A stretch of DNA of 36,944 bases from a bacterium (GTDB lineage: Bacteria; Zhuqueibacterota; Zhuqueibacteria; Oceanimicrobiales; Oceanimicrobiaceae): positions 1 through 36,944 of the forward strand of contig JBHHYI010000021.1 of assembly GCA_046757525.1 (NCBI GenBank), in the 5' to 3' direction. The position numbers were made by a program, and so were the translations under genes. Under the pieces are notes generated by a model, which was not told the DNA's origin, searched no databases, and saw only the letters and a program-made list of their open reading frames with translations. The first letter of the stretch is position 1, and every line of letters starts with the position of its first letter. Shown here piece by piece: positions 26,886 through 36,855 of this stretch.

Positions 26886-28649
26886 GTGGCAAAACAAGAA
26901 CCTCTGAAAAGCAAAACCCTTCAATTAGACGAAAAGCTTTTCGAACTGCAGGCGTTGTTTGACCTGAGCAAGGCGCTAAATTCCTCACTCGATCTAAAAT
27001 CCATCTTGGACACCATCTTGTTGACTCCTATGGGCAGAATGCTCATTGGCAAAGGCATGGTGCTGATTGCTAGGGGGCATGGTGGCTTTGCCATCGAAAC
27101 CGTGAAGGGCCTGCCAAAGAAGCTGGTCGGCATGCCAATCGAAATCGATGACTTTCCAAACCGGCCGAGCTTTGTGGAGCATCTGAGGCCGTCGTTGTGG
27201 AACGCTTTCTTGCAGAAACACGAAATCATAATCGCGATTCCTATCAAACATGATGACAAGAACCTGGGCGTGATTGCGTTCGGGAAGAAAATTATTGGCA
27301 GTAATTTTAATGATTCTGAGTTGGAATACCTTTACTCGTTGTCCAATATCGCAGCTACGGCGGTCCAAAATAGTTTGATGTTTCATGATCTCAGAACCGT
27401 GAACCGGCAGTTGGACAAAAAGGTGCAGGAGCTTAACACCTTGTTCGAGATTGGCAAGGAATTAAACTCAGCATTGAAGACGAACAGAATCGTAAATCTG
27501 TTGGCCTACGCGATTATGGGCGAAATGACCGTCAACCGATGCTTGATTTTTTTGAAGACCCATGAGGGGTTGGTTTTATCGGTCAACAAAGGGTTTGGAG
27601 ATAGCGACGCATCGCAGATTACCGCCGACCCATCCTGTCTTGCCGCTTTGGAAAAACAGCAAGAACCTTTCCTGGTGGAGGAACGCAATGGCAGTCCGGA
27701 TTTAGCACTGTTACAGAAACTGCGAATTGCCGCCGTCATTCCCATGCGGACGCAGAACGAAACCATGGGCATCATCGCTTTAGGGGAAAAGATAACTAAA
27801 CTGGGTTTTGCCAGGGATGAACTGGAATTTTTAACCACTCTTGGCAATCTTTCCATGATTTCCATTGAGAACGCCCGCTTGTTCGAGGAGACGCTGGAGA
27901 AACAACGTCTGGAAGAGGAACTTCTCATTGCACGGGATATTCAAAAACAGTTGTTGCCAACAGCTTGTCCAAACATAGAAAACTATGAAATCGCAGCGAC
28001 GAACATCTCGTCGCGACAGGTGGGCGGTGACTACTACGATTGCATTCAGATTAATGACAGGCAGTATGGCTTTTGCATCGCGGACGTGTCTGGCAAAGGC
28101 GCCCCGGCAGCTTTGTTGATGGCCAATTTACAAGCCAGCCTGCACGCCTTGATAAGCACCGACCTCACCATCGAGGATATGACCGCCAAGATCAACAACA
28201 TCATATATCGAAACACCACGTGCGACAAATTCATCACCTATTTCTTTGGCATTTTGGATTTACAGGAGGAGACATTCACCTATGTAAATGCCGGCCACAA
28301 TCCACCGTTTTTGTTCCACCAGAACGGGTCCTTCGATTTGTTGCAAGAAGGCGGGCTTATTCTCGGCATGATGCCAGATGTGATTTATGAAAAGGATACA
28401 GTCAAACTTGAAGCTGGTGATTTGATTGTCATGTTCACCGACGGGGTTTCCGAAGCCAAAGACGCTGATGATGAAGAATTCGAAGAACAAAGAATTGCAG
28501 CATGCGTTCTTGAGAACCTGCACCGACCGTGCGAGGAAGTGCTAAAAAATCTAATCACAGCGGTATATGAATTTTCAAAGGGACAACCACAGGCCGACGA
28601 TATCACCTGCTTGATCATGAAAAAAACTGAAGGTTCCACTTCGCACTAA
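26886..28649 (+). CDS. GAF-GAF-PP2C (SpoIIE/RsbU-family) serine phosphatase
   Basis: Two GAF repeats, then QVGGDYYD, ADVSGKG, NAGHNPP, FTDGVSEA and DDIT. Confidence 0.9.
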   Translation: MAKQEPLKSKTLQLDEKLFELQALFDLSKALNSSLDLKSILDTILLTPMGRMLIGKGMVLIARGHGGFAIETVKGLPKKLVGMPIEIDDFPNRPSFVEHLRPSLWNAFLQKHEIIIAIPIKHDDKNLGVIAFGKKIIGSNFNDSELEYLYSLSNIAATAVQNSLMFHDLRTVNRQLDKKVQELNTLFEIGKELNSALKTNRIVNLLAYAIMGEMTVNRCLIFLKTHEGLVLSVNKGFGDSDASQITADPSCLAALEKQQEPFLVEERNGSPDLALLQKLRIAAVIPMRTQNETMGIIALGEKITKLGFARDELEFLTTLGNLSMISIENARLFEETLEKQRLEEELLIARDIQKQLLPTACPNIENYEIAATNISSRQVGGDYYDCIQINDRQYGFCIADVSGKGAPAALLMANLQASLHALISTDLTIEDMTAKINNIIYRNTTCDKFITYFFGILDLQEETFTYVNAGHNPPFLFHQNGSFDLLQEGGLILGMMPDVIYEKDTVKLEAGDLIVMFTDGVSEAKDADDEEFEEQRIAACVLENLHRPCEEVLKNLITAVYEFSKGQPQADDITCLIMKKTEGSTSH

Positions 28650-28819
28650 TCCTGCCTCCGATCTCAACCAGATCAAAGGTCCGCATAAAATTTTCAGATC
28701 TTGCCATATAATTATTGCTAAAAAGCTCGATATTTTTAAATTAGTATAAGAAAGGATTCTATCCTGCGACAGTTTTTTCATCAGCATGCCTTACTCAGAG
28801 TTAATCGAAATAATCACTC

Positions 28820-29965
28820 ATGGCAAGAATCTTAGTCGTTGACGACGAAAAATCGATTACGATTTTGCTTTCAGAGGTTTTGAAGAAAGATGGACACGCG
28901 GTAAAAGCTGTGCACGATGGTAAATTGGTTAGAGAAGAGCTCCGGAAGAAAGAGTATGAGCTTGTCATTACCGATCTCCACATGAAAGAGGTTGGCGGCA
29001 TCGATGTTTTGAAGGTGACCAAAGGTGTCAACGACAACATTGAAGTGCTCATTCTGACCGGCCATGGTTCCATTGCCACTGCTGTTGAAGCCATGAAGTT
29101 AGGGGCTTTCGAGTATCTCACCAAACCCATCGACATGGAGGAGTTTCGCCTCAAAGTCAAAAAGGCGCTTGAAAGAAGATTCCTGAGAATGCAGCTTGCC
29201 AGGCAACAAGCCGAACTGAAGGCCCACCAGGAAATGATCCAAAAGGACTTGAAGTTGGCTGAACAAGTTCAAAGAAGTCTGGTGCCGACGCCGATATTGT
29301 TGCCTAACATCGAAGTAAAAGTCAAACACATGCCTATGATCGGCATTGGCGGGGATTTTGCCGATGTTTATTACGACGGGGAAGACAAGGTTTATTTGAC
29401 GTTGGTGGACGTGACCGGACACGGCATTACAGCGGCATTGCTGGTCAACCGAATCAGCAGCGAAATCAGAAAGTTGGTGAGGGAGCAGTTGGAACCGCAG
29501 GCTATTATTTACAGCGTGAACAATTTCATTTTCAATGCCTTCGAAGGCATGGGCATGTTTTTAACCATGTTTTCTGGCGTCCTAAATCTCAAGAAAGGCT
29601 CCTTTGTGTACGCCGGAAGCGCCCACCCTGCGGTTCTGTTGTGGAGAGGGAAAGATCATAAATTTGAAAAATTGGAATCACAGAATGTCATCATCGGTTA
29701 CGAAAAACGGGCGGTTGATAGATTCGTCCAGGACATCACGCTGATCGGTCCTCAGGACAAGATAATCATGTACACCGATGGCATTATTGAAGCTGAGGAT
29801 GCCCACGGAAAACAATTGGGCATCAACGGCTTTATCAACTTTTTTAAATCGAGCGCTTACTTGTCGGTAGACGACATCCTCAATTCCGTCATTGGCGGCA
29901 TCACTGAATATTCGCCAAATCCCATCCGCGACGATGTGTACCTGATCATTGCAGCCATGTTGTAG
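28820..29965 (+). CDS. Response regulator receiver + PP2C (SpoIIE) phosphatase
   Basis: VVDDE, ITDLHM and YLTKP receiver motifs; GGDF, VDVTGHG, YTDG and DD phosphatase motifs. Confidence 0.88.
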   Translation: MARILVVDDEKSITILLSEVLKKDGHAVKAVHDGKLVREELRKKEYELVITDLHMKEVGGIDVLKVTKGVNDNIEVLILTGHGSIATAVEAMKLGAFEYLTKPIDMEEFRLKVKKALERRFLRMQLARQQAELKAHQEMIQKDLKLAEQVQRSLVPTPILLPNIEVKVKHMPMIGIGGDFADVYYDGEDKVYLTLVDVTGHGITAALLVNRISSEIRKLVREQLEPQAIIYSVNNFIFNAFEGMGMFLTMFSGVLNLKKGSFVYAGSAHPAVLLWRGKDHKFEKLESQNVIIGYEKRAVDRFVQDITLIGPQDKIIMYTDGIIEAEDAHGKQLGINGFINFFKSSAYLSVDDILNSVIGGITEYSPNPIRDDVYLIIAAML

Positions 29966-29996
29966 TTCGACAGGCGAAACATTTAGCAAATATAAC

Positions 29997-30025
29997 TTGA
30001 TTGTTTTGGGATATTTCATTATACT
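29997..30025 (+). promoter_or_regulatory. Putative sigma70 promoter
   Basis: TTGATT, 17-nt spacer, TATACT. Confidence 0.55.
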
Positions 30026-30102
30026 AAATTTTGTTTCTTTGCGATCGATTGCTGTACCCTGATGTCTGCAAATCAGCTTCCATACTATCTCATTGGTCAA
30101 CA

Positions 30103-30891
30103 ATGAAGTCCCCAATCATTACCTTATTAACGGATTTTGGTTTACGGGATGGGTTTGTGGGCATTATGAAGGGGGTTATTCTCGGGATCAACCCTTTGGC
30201 TGAGATTGTAGACATTACGCATGACATCCAGCCCCAGAACCTAAACGCAGGTGCCTTTGTGCTGCGCAACAGCTTCAGGTTTTTTCCGCCCGGGACGGTT
30301 CATGTTGTGGTGGTCGATCCGGGGGTCGGGTCCGGGCGCCGAATTCTCTGCGTTTCTGCCGGTAGGCACTATTTTGTGGCTCCAGATAACGGAGTTCTGA
30401 AGTACATTTACGATGAGTTCCCTGAGGGTGAAATCGTGCACATTACCAATTCACACTATTTTTTGCCGGAAGTGAGTCAGACCTTCCACGGGCGCGATAT
30501 TTTTGCACCGGTTGCCGCCCATTTGTCAAAAGGAACAAATCCCGAGGCTCTCGGACCGAGGGTTACCGATGTCCAAAAAGGGCAGATTCCCACTCTAAAG
30601 GAAACCCCGCAGGGATTGATCGGACAAATCGTTTACGTAGACAGATTTGGGAATCTAATCACTAATATTCCAGCCGCCAGGTTACCTTCGAAAGATTGCA
30701 CGGTTCATTTGCGACAGTTTACGATTTCAGGCCTGGTGCGTTCTTATTTCGCACATGAGCCGGATAAACCCCTGGCCATTGTGGGCAGTTCTGGGTACCT
30801 GGAAATCGCCCTTTATTTAGCCAGTGCAAAGGAAGGGTTGCAGTGTTCAGAAGGGGACCAAGTTCGAGTCTCTTATCATATAGACAATTAA
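30103..30891 (+). CDS. SAM hydroxide adenosyltransferase (DUF62; fluorinase/chlorinase superfamily)
   Basis: ITLLTDFG, VVDPGVGSGR, APDNG, TFHGRDIFAP and DRFGNLITN motifs; ATG 30103. Confidence 0.88.
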   Translation: MKSPIITLLTDFGLRDGFVGIMKGVILGINPLAEIVDITHDIQPQNLNAGAFVLRNSFRFFPPGTVHVVVVDPGVGSGRRILCVSAGRHYFVAPDNGVLKYIYDEFPEGEIVHITNSHYFLPEVSQTFHGRDIFAPVAAHLSKGTNPEALGPRVTDVQKGQIPTLKETPQGLIGQIVYVDRFGNLITNIPAARLPSKDCTVHLRQFTISGLVRSYFAHEPDKPLAIVGSSGYLEIALYLASAKEGLQCSEGDQVRVSYHIDN

Positions 30892-30907
30892 AGGTGTTGT
30901 TTAGTCA

Positions 30908-31816
30908 ATGGATGAAAATTATACTTTAGATGAGGATTTCTACCAGCAATATTACGGTAAAAGACAAAGACGTCTAAAGCTATTTGATAAGTTGAGTAGT
31001 GGTAAGCCAATAGTCAACGTCATTTTGTTCTTTGCGACTTTTGTTACGACTTTCATAACCGGGTGGGTTTCCCACGGCTATTGGCAGGCCGGCTTGTGGT
31101 ACAGTGTCGCCATCATTTCGATCTTGTTGTCCCATGAAATGGGGCATTACCTCATGTGTAAGAAACATGGCATCCAGGCAACGTTACCCTTTTTCATCCC
31201 GTCGCCCTTCCTGGGATTGAACCCGTTTGGTACCTTCGGTGCTGTCATCAAGATGGAGTCTCGGATTCCGGATCGCAAGGCCCTTTTTGATGTTGCGGTT
31301 GCCGGCCCTTTGGCAGGCCTGGCCGTGACCATTCCCTGCATTTTCTTTGGAATTCAGCTCTCTCAAGTGGTGGACGTGTCTGCGGTGAAAGCCAACGGTG
31401 CCGTCTCTTTGGGAGAGTCCTTTTTATTTAGTCAGTTGTCGCAATTGGCCATAGGAACTCTGCGGGAAAACCAGGACGTCATGCTGCACCCCTTAGCTTT
31501 CGCCGGGTGGGCCGGTTTGTTTGTTACCGCTTTGAACTTATTGCCAATTGGCCAGTTAGATGGTGGCCACATTGTTTATGCCTTGCTGGGAAGACGGCAC
31601 AATTACGTTGCCACGGTGGCATTGATCGTTTTCGGTTTGATCTGTGTTTTCATATACCCTGGATGGCTTCTGTTGTTGCTCCTGCTCATTTGGTTTGGGC
31701 ATCGTCACCCGCCTACCATGAACGATGCTCCGCTGGATGAAACAAGGATCGCCATCGGAATATTTACACTCATCATTTTCTTTCTGTCATTTACTCCGGA
31801 GCCATTTAAAATATGA
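30908..31816 (+). CDS. Site-2 protease family (M50) membrane metalloprotease
   Basis: HEMGH, AGPLAG and NLLPIGQLDGGH motifs; multiple hydrophobic segments. Confidence 0.9.
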   Translation: MDENYTLDEDFYQQYYGKRQRRLKLFDKLSSGKPIVNVILFFATFVTTFITGWVSHGYWQAGLWYSVAIISILLSHEMGHYLMCKKHGIQATLPFFIPSPFLGLNPFGTFGAVIKMESRIPDRKALFDVAVAGPLAGLAVTIPCIFFGIQLSQVVDVSAVKANGAVSLGESFLFSQLSQLAIGTLRENQDVMLHPLAFAGWAGLFVTALNLLPIGQLDGGHIVYALLGRRHNYVATVALIVFGLICVFIYPGWLLLLLLLIWFGHRHPPTMNDAPLDETRIAIGIFTLIIFFLSFTPEPFKI

Positions 31817-32082
31817 TGGCCCTGATTTAGACGTTTTAGATTGGCAGTTGTGTTGAGATTCTCAGCCAATAGGCTTGTCACAGGCCCGATGAAGGGATTC
31901 AGCCTCATTTACCGTTTGGTTTCAGGGAGACAGTCCTTCATTTTTTACATAACAAAAACTGAGTTTTTCTGGTAATGTATTATCTTTTGGGTAATAGTGG
32001 CATCCCCATGTCCAACAATTTCAATACCGCGGAATTTTCGCATAAAAATTCAGTTTTTGAAGAGAACTATTATTCCCAAAGA

Positions 32083-32099
32083 TTTATGAATTATTCAGG
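32083..32099 (+). repeat. Dispersed repeat copy 2 (TTTATGAATTATTCAGG)
   Basis: Identical to 236-252; the match extends to 26/29 nt (32083-32111 vs 236-264). Confidence 0.55.
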
Positions 32100-32121
32100 C
32101 TAAGCAACTCAAGGAGAAAAA

Positions 32122-32835
32122 TTGGACATCAAAGTCGGTTGTTGTGGGTTCTCTGAAGCACATTACAAGTACTATGCTCACTTTAACCTTGTTGAAGTAC
32201 AGAGCACTTTTTACCAGCCGCCAAAGCTGAATACAGCCGTCAAGTGGCGTGAGTCATCGCCCGAGAATTTTGAGTTTACCATTAAGGCATGGCAACTCAT
32301 TACCCACACGCCTTCCAGTGCAACCTATCGGCGATTGCGGGAACCAATTTCACCCAGGAAAAATGCAAGATATGGCTTTTTCAAACCCACGAGAGAGGTG
32401 TTTCAGGCCTGGGAGACCACAAAAAATTTTGCCCAGTCTCTGGGTGCCAGGCATGTTTTGTTCCAGAGTCCAAACAGCTTCAAACCCACGGATGAGAATA
32501 TTAGAAATCTCAAAAAGTTCTTCGATTCCATTGATCGGGAATCCCTAAACTTGATCTGGGAACCCCGCGACGGTTGGAAATTAAACATGGTGAAGGAGCT
32601 TTGTAATCAGTTAGATTTAGTTCACTGTGCAGACCCGTTCCAGAACGAAACATTTAGCGAGCCGGTGAAATATTATCGCCTGCATGGTAAAAGAGGATTT
32701 CGCTCAAAATATTCAGATCAGGATTTGTTACAGCTCAAAGAAATATGTGAAAGAGACGAAGTGGTATATTGCCTGTTCAACAACATTTCCATGCGCGAAG
32801 ACGCCTTGAGATTTAACAAGCTGTTCTCTTCGTAG
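32122..32835 (+). CDS. DUF72 (YecE-like) domain protein
   Basis: VGCCGF, VEVQSTFYQPP, KAWQLITH, LFQSP.SF, WEPR, YYRLHG and FNN motifs; TTG start after AAGGAG. Confidence 0.85.
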   Translation: MDIKVGCCGFSEAHYKYYAHFNLVEVQSTFYQPPKLNTAVKWRESSPENFEFTIKAWQLITHTPSSATYRRLREPISPRKNARYGFFKPTREVFQAWETTKNFAQSLGARHVLFQSPNSFKPTDENIRNLKKFFDSIDRESLNLIWEPRDGWKLNMVKELCNQLDLVHCADPFQNETFSEPVKYYRLHGKRGFRSKYSDQDLLQLKEICERDEVVYCLFNNISMREDALRFNKLFSS

Positions 32836-32955
32836 CTGCGTGCACTGCATTTTCTGCGAAAACTGACTTTCTTCAATCAAAAATGGCACTCCGTTTTTTT
32901 CTTACAGAACTACTTGAAGGTTAGCAGAAGCTACTATTGAAGGAGATTTTAGTCA

Positions 32956-33942
32956 ATGCCGTTTGAGTACCCAGAATCCGTGTCCTTGTGCCATTTGCCC
33001 ACACCCATCGAGAAACTTGGCAGACTGAGCAGAGAGCTTGAGGGTCCCAACCTATTTGTCAAGCGGGACGACATGACCGGTGCCGCGGTAACCGGCAACA
33101 AAATCAGAAAGCTGGAATTCTTGTTGGCTGAAGCCGTTGAGCAGAATTGCAACGTGGTCATCACCTGTGGCAGCAGCCAGTCCAATCACGCGCGCTCCAC
33201 AGCGATCGCTGCGGCCAAGCTGGGGCTGAGTTCATGCCTGGTGCTGCGCAACTCCTTCGGTAGGGAGTTCGATGGAAATCTTTTCCTGGACAGGTTAGTC
33301 GGTGCAGAATTGCGTTTTGTCACTGCTGAAGAGTACCTGAAGGTGGACAGCATCATGTCTGAGCTGGCAGAGGAGTTAAGAGCCAAAGGTTCCAGACCTT
33401 ACGTGGTTCCCGAAGGCGGTTCAAATGCCCTGGGGGCCCTGGGGTATTTAAGAGCCTGTGAAGAAATTGCGCGCCAGGTGAAAAGCATGAGGCTGCGCCT
33501 GCATCACATCGTGGTTGCCGTTGGCTCAGGCGGCACCTATGCGGGTTTGCTCATGGGCAAATACCTTTTCGATTTGGGCGTGGAAATTCACGGCATTAAT
33601 GTGTGCGATGACGCGGCTTTCTTTAGGAAACGGATCGTTGCTATTTTGCGAGAGGCGAAAAAACGCTTTCGATTAGATTTTGACTTCAAGCAGAATGACA
33701 TCAAAATCATCGATGGCTACGTGGGCAAGGGATACGCCCTGAGCAGCCAAGAAGAAATCGACACGATCAAGCGAGTCGCTCAGTCAGAAGGGATCGTGTT
33801 GGATCCGGTGTACACAGGCAAAGCCATGCGTGGTTTGGTGGATCAGATTCGTCAGGGCCATTTTAAGGCGGGTGAGAACGTCTTGTTCATTCACACCGGG
33901 GGAATATTTGGCCTATTTCCCAAACGCTCCCTGTTCTTCTAA
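32956..33942 (+). CDS. D-cysteine desulfhydrase family PLP enzyme
   Basis: KRDD...GNKIRKLE, QSNHAR, GSGGT, DPVYTGK and HTGG motifs. Confidence 0.88.
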   Translation: MPFEYPESVSLCHLPTPIEKLGRLSRELEGPNLFVKRDDMTGAAVTGNKIRKLEFLLAEAVEQNCNVVITCGSSQSNHARSTAIAAAKLGLSSCLVLRNSFGREFDGNLFLDRLVGAELRFVTAEEYLKVDSIMSELAEELRAKGSRPYVVPEGGSNALGALGYLRACEEIARQVKSMRLRLHHIVVAVGSGGTYAGLLMGKYLFDLGVEIHGINVCDDAAFFRKRIVAILREAKKRFRLDFDFKQNDIKIIDGYVGKGYALSSQEEIDTIKRVAQSEGIVLDPVYTGKAMRGLVDQIRQGHFKAGENVLFIHTGGIFGLFPKRSLFF

Positions 33943-33947
33943 CATTC

Positions 33948-34682
33948 TCAGACCAAGAGCCTCCCGCCATCGACGGCGATGACCGTACCGGTGACGTAGT
34001 CGCTGCCTTTAAGCAGGAACAAGATTGCGTTCACGACATCCTCCGGCGTGCCAATTCGTTTCAGCAAGGTCAAATTCTCGATCGCCTCACGCTCTTCTTC
34101 CGTGGCATTGTCGCCCATCAGCACGGTTCCCGGCGCCACCGCATTGACTTGAATATGGGGCGCCAGGGCTTTTGCCAGACCTTTGGTGAGGCCAATCAGG
34201 CCAGCTTTGGAGGCGCAATAGGGGATATAGCCGCTCCAGGGCAGGATGGCAGCAACGTCTGCAATATTAATGATCTTGCCCCCATTTTGTCGCTTCATGA
34301 TCTCTGCAACGTACTGTGCGCAAAAGAAAGGCGCTTTCAGATTGACCGTTAGAAGCTCGTCCCACTGTTTTTCGGTGGTTTCTCCAAATGGAGTTCTAAA
34401 ATAAAGCGCGGCGTTGTTGACCAGAATGTGGATATTCTTGAAATGCTCGTAACACTTGTCGACCACCTCCTGGATCTCCGAGACTTTCGAAAAATCGCCC
34501 TTGACCAAGAAACCCTCGCCGCCGTTACTGGTAATTTGGGCGAGCACCTGCCTGGCCTTTGCTTCAGATTGATGATAATGCAATCCAACTTTGACGCCTT
34601 CTTTGGCCAGATTGACAGCGATTGCCCTGCCCACGCGCACCGCCGCCCCGGTGATCAGTGCCACTTTGTTGGTCAATTCCAT
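33948..34682 (-). CDS. SDR-family oxidoreductase, pteridine reductase/FolM-like
   Basis: TGAAVRVG (non-canonical TGxxxRxG), NNA, YCASK and VDGG motifs. Confidence 0.82.
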   Translation of the reverse strand: MELTNKVALITGAAVRVGRAIAVNLAKEGVKVGLHYHQSEAKARQVLAQITSNGGEGFLVKGDFSKVSEIQEVVDKCYEHFKNIHILVNNAALYFRTPFGETTEKQWDELLTVNLKAPFFCAQYVAEIMKRQNGGKIINIADVAAILPWSGYIPYCASKAGLIGLTKGLAKALAPHIQVNAVAPGTVLMGDNATEEEREAIENLTLLKRIGTPEDVVNAILFLLKGSDYVTGTVIAVDGGRLLV

Positions 34683-34697
34683 AGTTAAAGCCTATCT

Positions 34698-36707
34698 TTA
34701 CCCCTGCACCATCTTCTTGATTTTGTCAACGATCTCAGGGTTTGCCAGGGTGGTCACGTCGCCAACATCATTTCCGTCTGAGATAGCTGCCAACACCCGG
34801 CGCATGATTTTGCCGGATCTGGTCTTGGGCATATCCGGTGCAATGTACACATGCTTGGGCCGGGCTATTTTTCCGATAACCTGTGCAATGGTGTCAGATA
34901 TTTTTTTCTTGAGCTCGTCACTTGGCTTAAACCCGGGTTTCAAGGCTACGTAAAGATCGGGCACCGCGCCCTTCAACTCGTCCTTGGTCGGAACGACCGC
35001 GGCCTCAGCCACCTCGTCGACTCGCAAGGAGGCGTTTTCAATCTCTTTGGTGCCGAGACGGTGTCCGGCAACGTTGATGACATCATCGATTCTGCCCAGG
35101 ATGCGGAAGTAACCATCTTCTGCCAGAACAGCGGCATCTCCGGCCATGTATGGCCAATCGCGCCAATCCTTGCTGTTGGGGTCCTTGTTGTACTTTTCGA
35201 AGTATTGTTTTACGAAGCGCTTGTCATCTTTCCAGATGGTTTGCATGAAACCCGGCCATGGGTTGCGAATGCAGATATTTCCTGCTTTGCCTTCGCCTGG
35301 TTTGATTTCGTTGCCGTCGTCGTCAAAAACGACGGGGTGAATGCCGGGTACGCCCGGGCCGGCACTGCCTGGTTTCATCGGCTCCACCGCCGGCAGAGTC
35401 GAGCACAGAAAGCCTCCGTTCTCTGTTTGCCACCAGGTATCGACGATCACGGCCTCTTCCTTGCCCACTTCGTTATAATACCACCGCCACACGGACGGCT
35501 CGATGGGTTCGCCAACCGTAGTCATGTGCTTGAAACGATGATTGTATTTGCTCGGCTCATCCGGGCCCGCCTTGCGCATGCCTCGAATAGCCGTGGGGGA
35601 GGTATGAAAGATGTTCACGCCCAGCTCTTCGGCAATCCGGTACACGCGTCCCGCGTCGGGGTAAGTGGGCACCCCTTCGTAGACTACACTGCTTGCGGCC
35701 AGTGCCAGCGGCCCGTAAACGATAAAGGAATGCCCCGTGATCCAGCCGATATCAGCCATGCACCAGTAGACATCTTCCGGGTGGATGTCCTGGATTACCC
35801 TGGACATCCAGGCTACGTAGGCCAGGAAGCCGCCGATGCTGTGCTGGGCCCCCTTGGGTTTGCCCGTTGTACCACTGGTGTACATGAGAAAGAGAATGCC
35901 ATCAGCAGGCATAGAGACCGGCTCTACTTCTGCTCGAGCATATTTCTTGAGCAGATCATTCATGATGTGATCTCTGCCCTTGTGCAGCTCGGATTTCGAG
36001 TTGTATTTTCCCGGGTAGCGTTGCCAGACCAGGACTTTGTCGATTTTTTGTCCCTCTTGTTTGGCTACTTTCACAGCTTCATCGGCATTGACCTTGTGGT
36101 CCAGCAAGGTGCCGTTACGGTGGTAAGCATCCATGGTAATCAAAACCGTGCTGTCGGAGTCATCCATTCTCAGCCCGCAGGCCTGGCCGCTGAAACCAGA
36201 AAACACGACCGAATGAATGATTCCCAATCTTGCACAGGCGAGCATGGTGATGGGTAATTCAGCCGTCATGGGTAAATAGATCGTTACGCGATCGCCGGTT
36301 TTCAGCCCACAAAAGTCTCGCAATATGGCAGCTACCTCATTAACGCGACGGTAGAGGTCCTGATAGGTCAAATGCACAATCGCTTCATCCTCCGGTTCCG
36401 GGACGAAGTGAATGGCGGTCTTGTTCCTGTGTTTGTCCAGGTGTCGGTCCACACAGTTGTAGCAGGCATTGAGTTTACCACCCACAAACCATTTGTAGAA
36501 AGGCGGATTGCTGTCGTCCAGCACCTTTTCCCAATATTTGTCCCAGCTCAACAATTCAGCAAATTCTACGTAGTAACCGGGGAATTTGTCCAGCGTAAAC
36601 CGTTGCTTCAGATCAGGGTCAGAGACATTGGCTTGTCCGATAAATTTCGGGGAGGGCTGATGGTATTCTTCTTCTTGCCAGTGCACCGCATAATGTTTTG
36701 CTTCCAT
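34698..36707 (-). CDS. acs: Acetate--CoA ligase (acetyl-CoA synthetase)
   Basis: YTSGTTGKPKG, ADIGWITGHS, DTWWQTE, GRIDDVINVAGHRLG and PKTRSGKIMRR motifs. Confidence 0.95.
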   Translation of the reverse strand: MEAKHYAVHWQEEEYHQPSPKFIGQANVSDPDLKQRFTLDKFPGYYVEFAELLSWDKYWEKVLDDSNPPFYKWFVGGKLNACYNCVDRHLDKHRNKTAIHFVPEPEDEAIVHLTYQDLYRRVNEVAAILRDFCGLKTGDRVTIYLPMTAELPITMLACARLGIIHSVVFSGFSGQACGLRMDDSDSTVLITMDAYHRNGTLLDHKVNADEAVKVAKQEGQKIDKVLVWQRYPGKYNSKSELHKGRDHIMNDLLKKYARAEVEPVSMPADGILFLMYTSGTTGKPKGAQHSIGGFLAYVAWMSRVIQDIHPEDVYWCMADIGWITGHSFIVYGPLALAASSVVYEGVPTYPDAGRVYRIAEELGVNIFHTSPTAIRGMRKAGPDEPSKYNHRFKHMTTVGEPIEPSVWRWYYNEVGKEEAVIVDTWWQTENGGFLCSTLPAVEPMKPGSAGPGVPGIHPVVFDDDGNEIKPGEGKAGNICIRNPWPGFMQTIWKDDKRFVKQYFEKYNKDPNSKDWRDWPYMAGDAAVLAEDGYFRILGRIDDVINVAGHRLGTKEIENASLRVDEVAEAAVVPTKDELKGAVPDLYVALKPGFKPSDELKKKISDTIAQVIGKIARPKHVYIAPDMPKTRSGKIMRRVLAAISDGNDVGDVTTLANPEIVDKIKKMVQG

Positions 36708-36776
36708 AAAGAGGCCTCCATGTTTTGCAGTTTCTAATTTGTCAGGGTATGCAATGGTTGAATAAAATATTTATAC

Positions 36777-36804
36777 AAAATACGCTAATTTTGCAGAAAG
36801 TCAA
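36777..36804 (-). promoter_or_regulatory. Putative sigma70 promoter of acs
   Basis: Minus strand: TTGACT, 16-nt spacer, TATTTT. Confidence 0.4.
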
Positions 36805-36833
36805 CCCAAATGTTTCTGAGGTGTGATTTGCAA

Positions 36834-36855
36834 TTAGCCTGAATAATTCGCAAAT
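36834..36855 (-). repeat. Dispersed repeat copy 3 (minus strand ATTTGCGAATTATTCAGGCTAA)
   Basis: Shares GAATTATTCAGGCTAA exactly with 32088-32103. Confidence 0.5.

Noticed and set aside
30103..30891. SAM-dependent fluorinase/chlorinase
   Set aside because: It has the Asp-Arg-His features of DUF62 hydrolases (VDPGVGSGR, TFHGRD) and there is no secondary-metabolite context.
32956..33942. ACC deaminase
   Set aside because: It has DPVYTGK and HTGG instead of the Glu (DPVYEGK) and Leu (HLGG) diagnostic of true ACC deaminases.
34851..36257. 468-aa plus-strand ORF
   Set aside because: Lies entirely antisense to the well-conserved acs gene and has no recognisable motifs; a typical shadow ORF.
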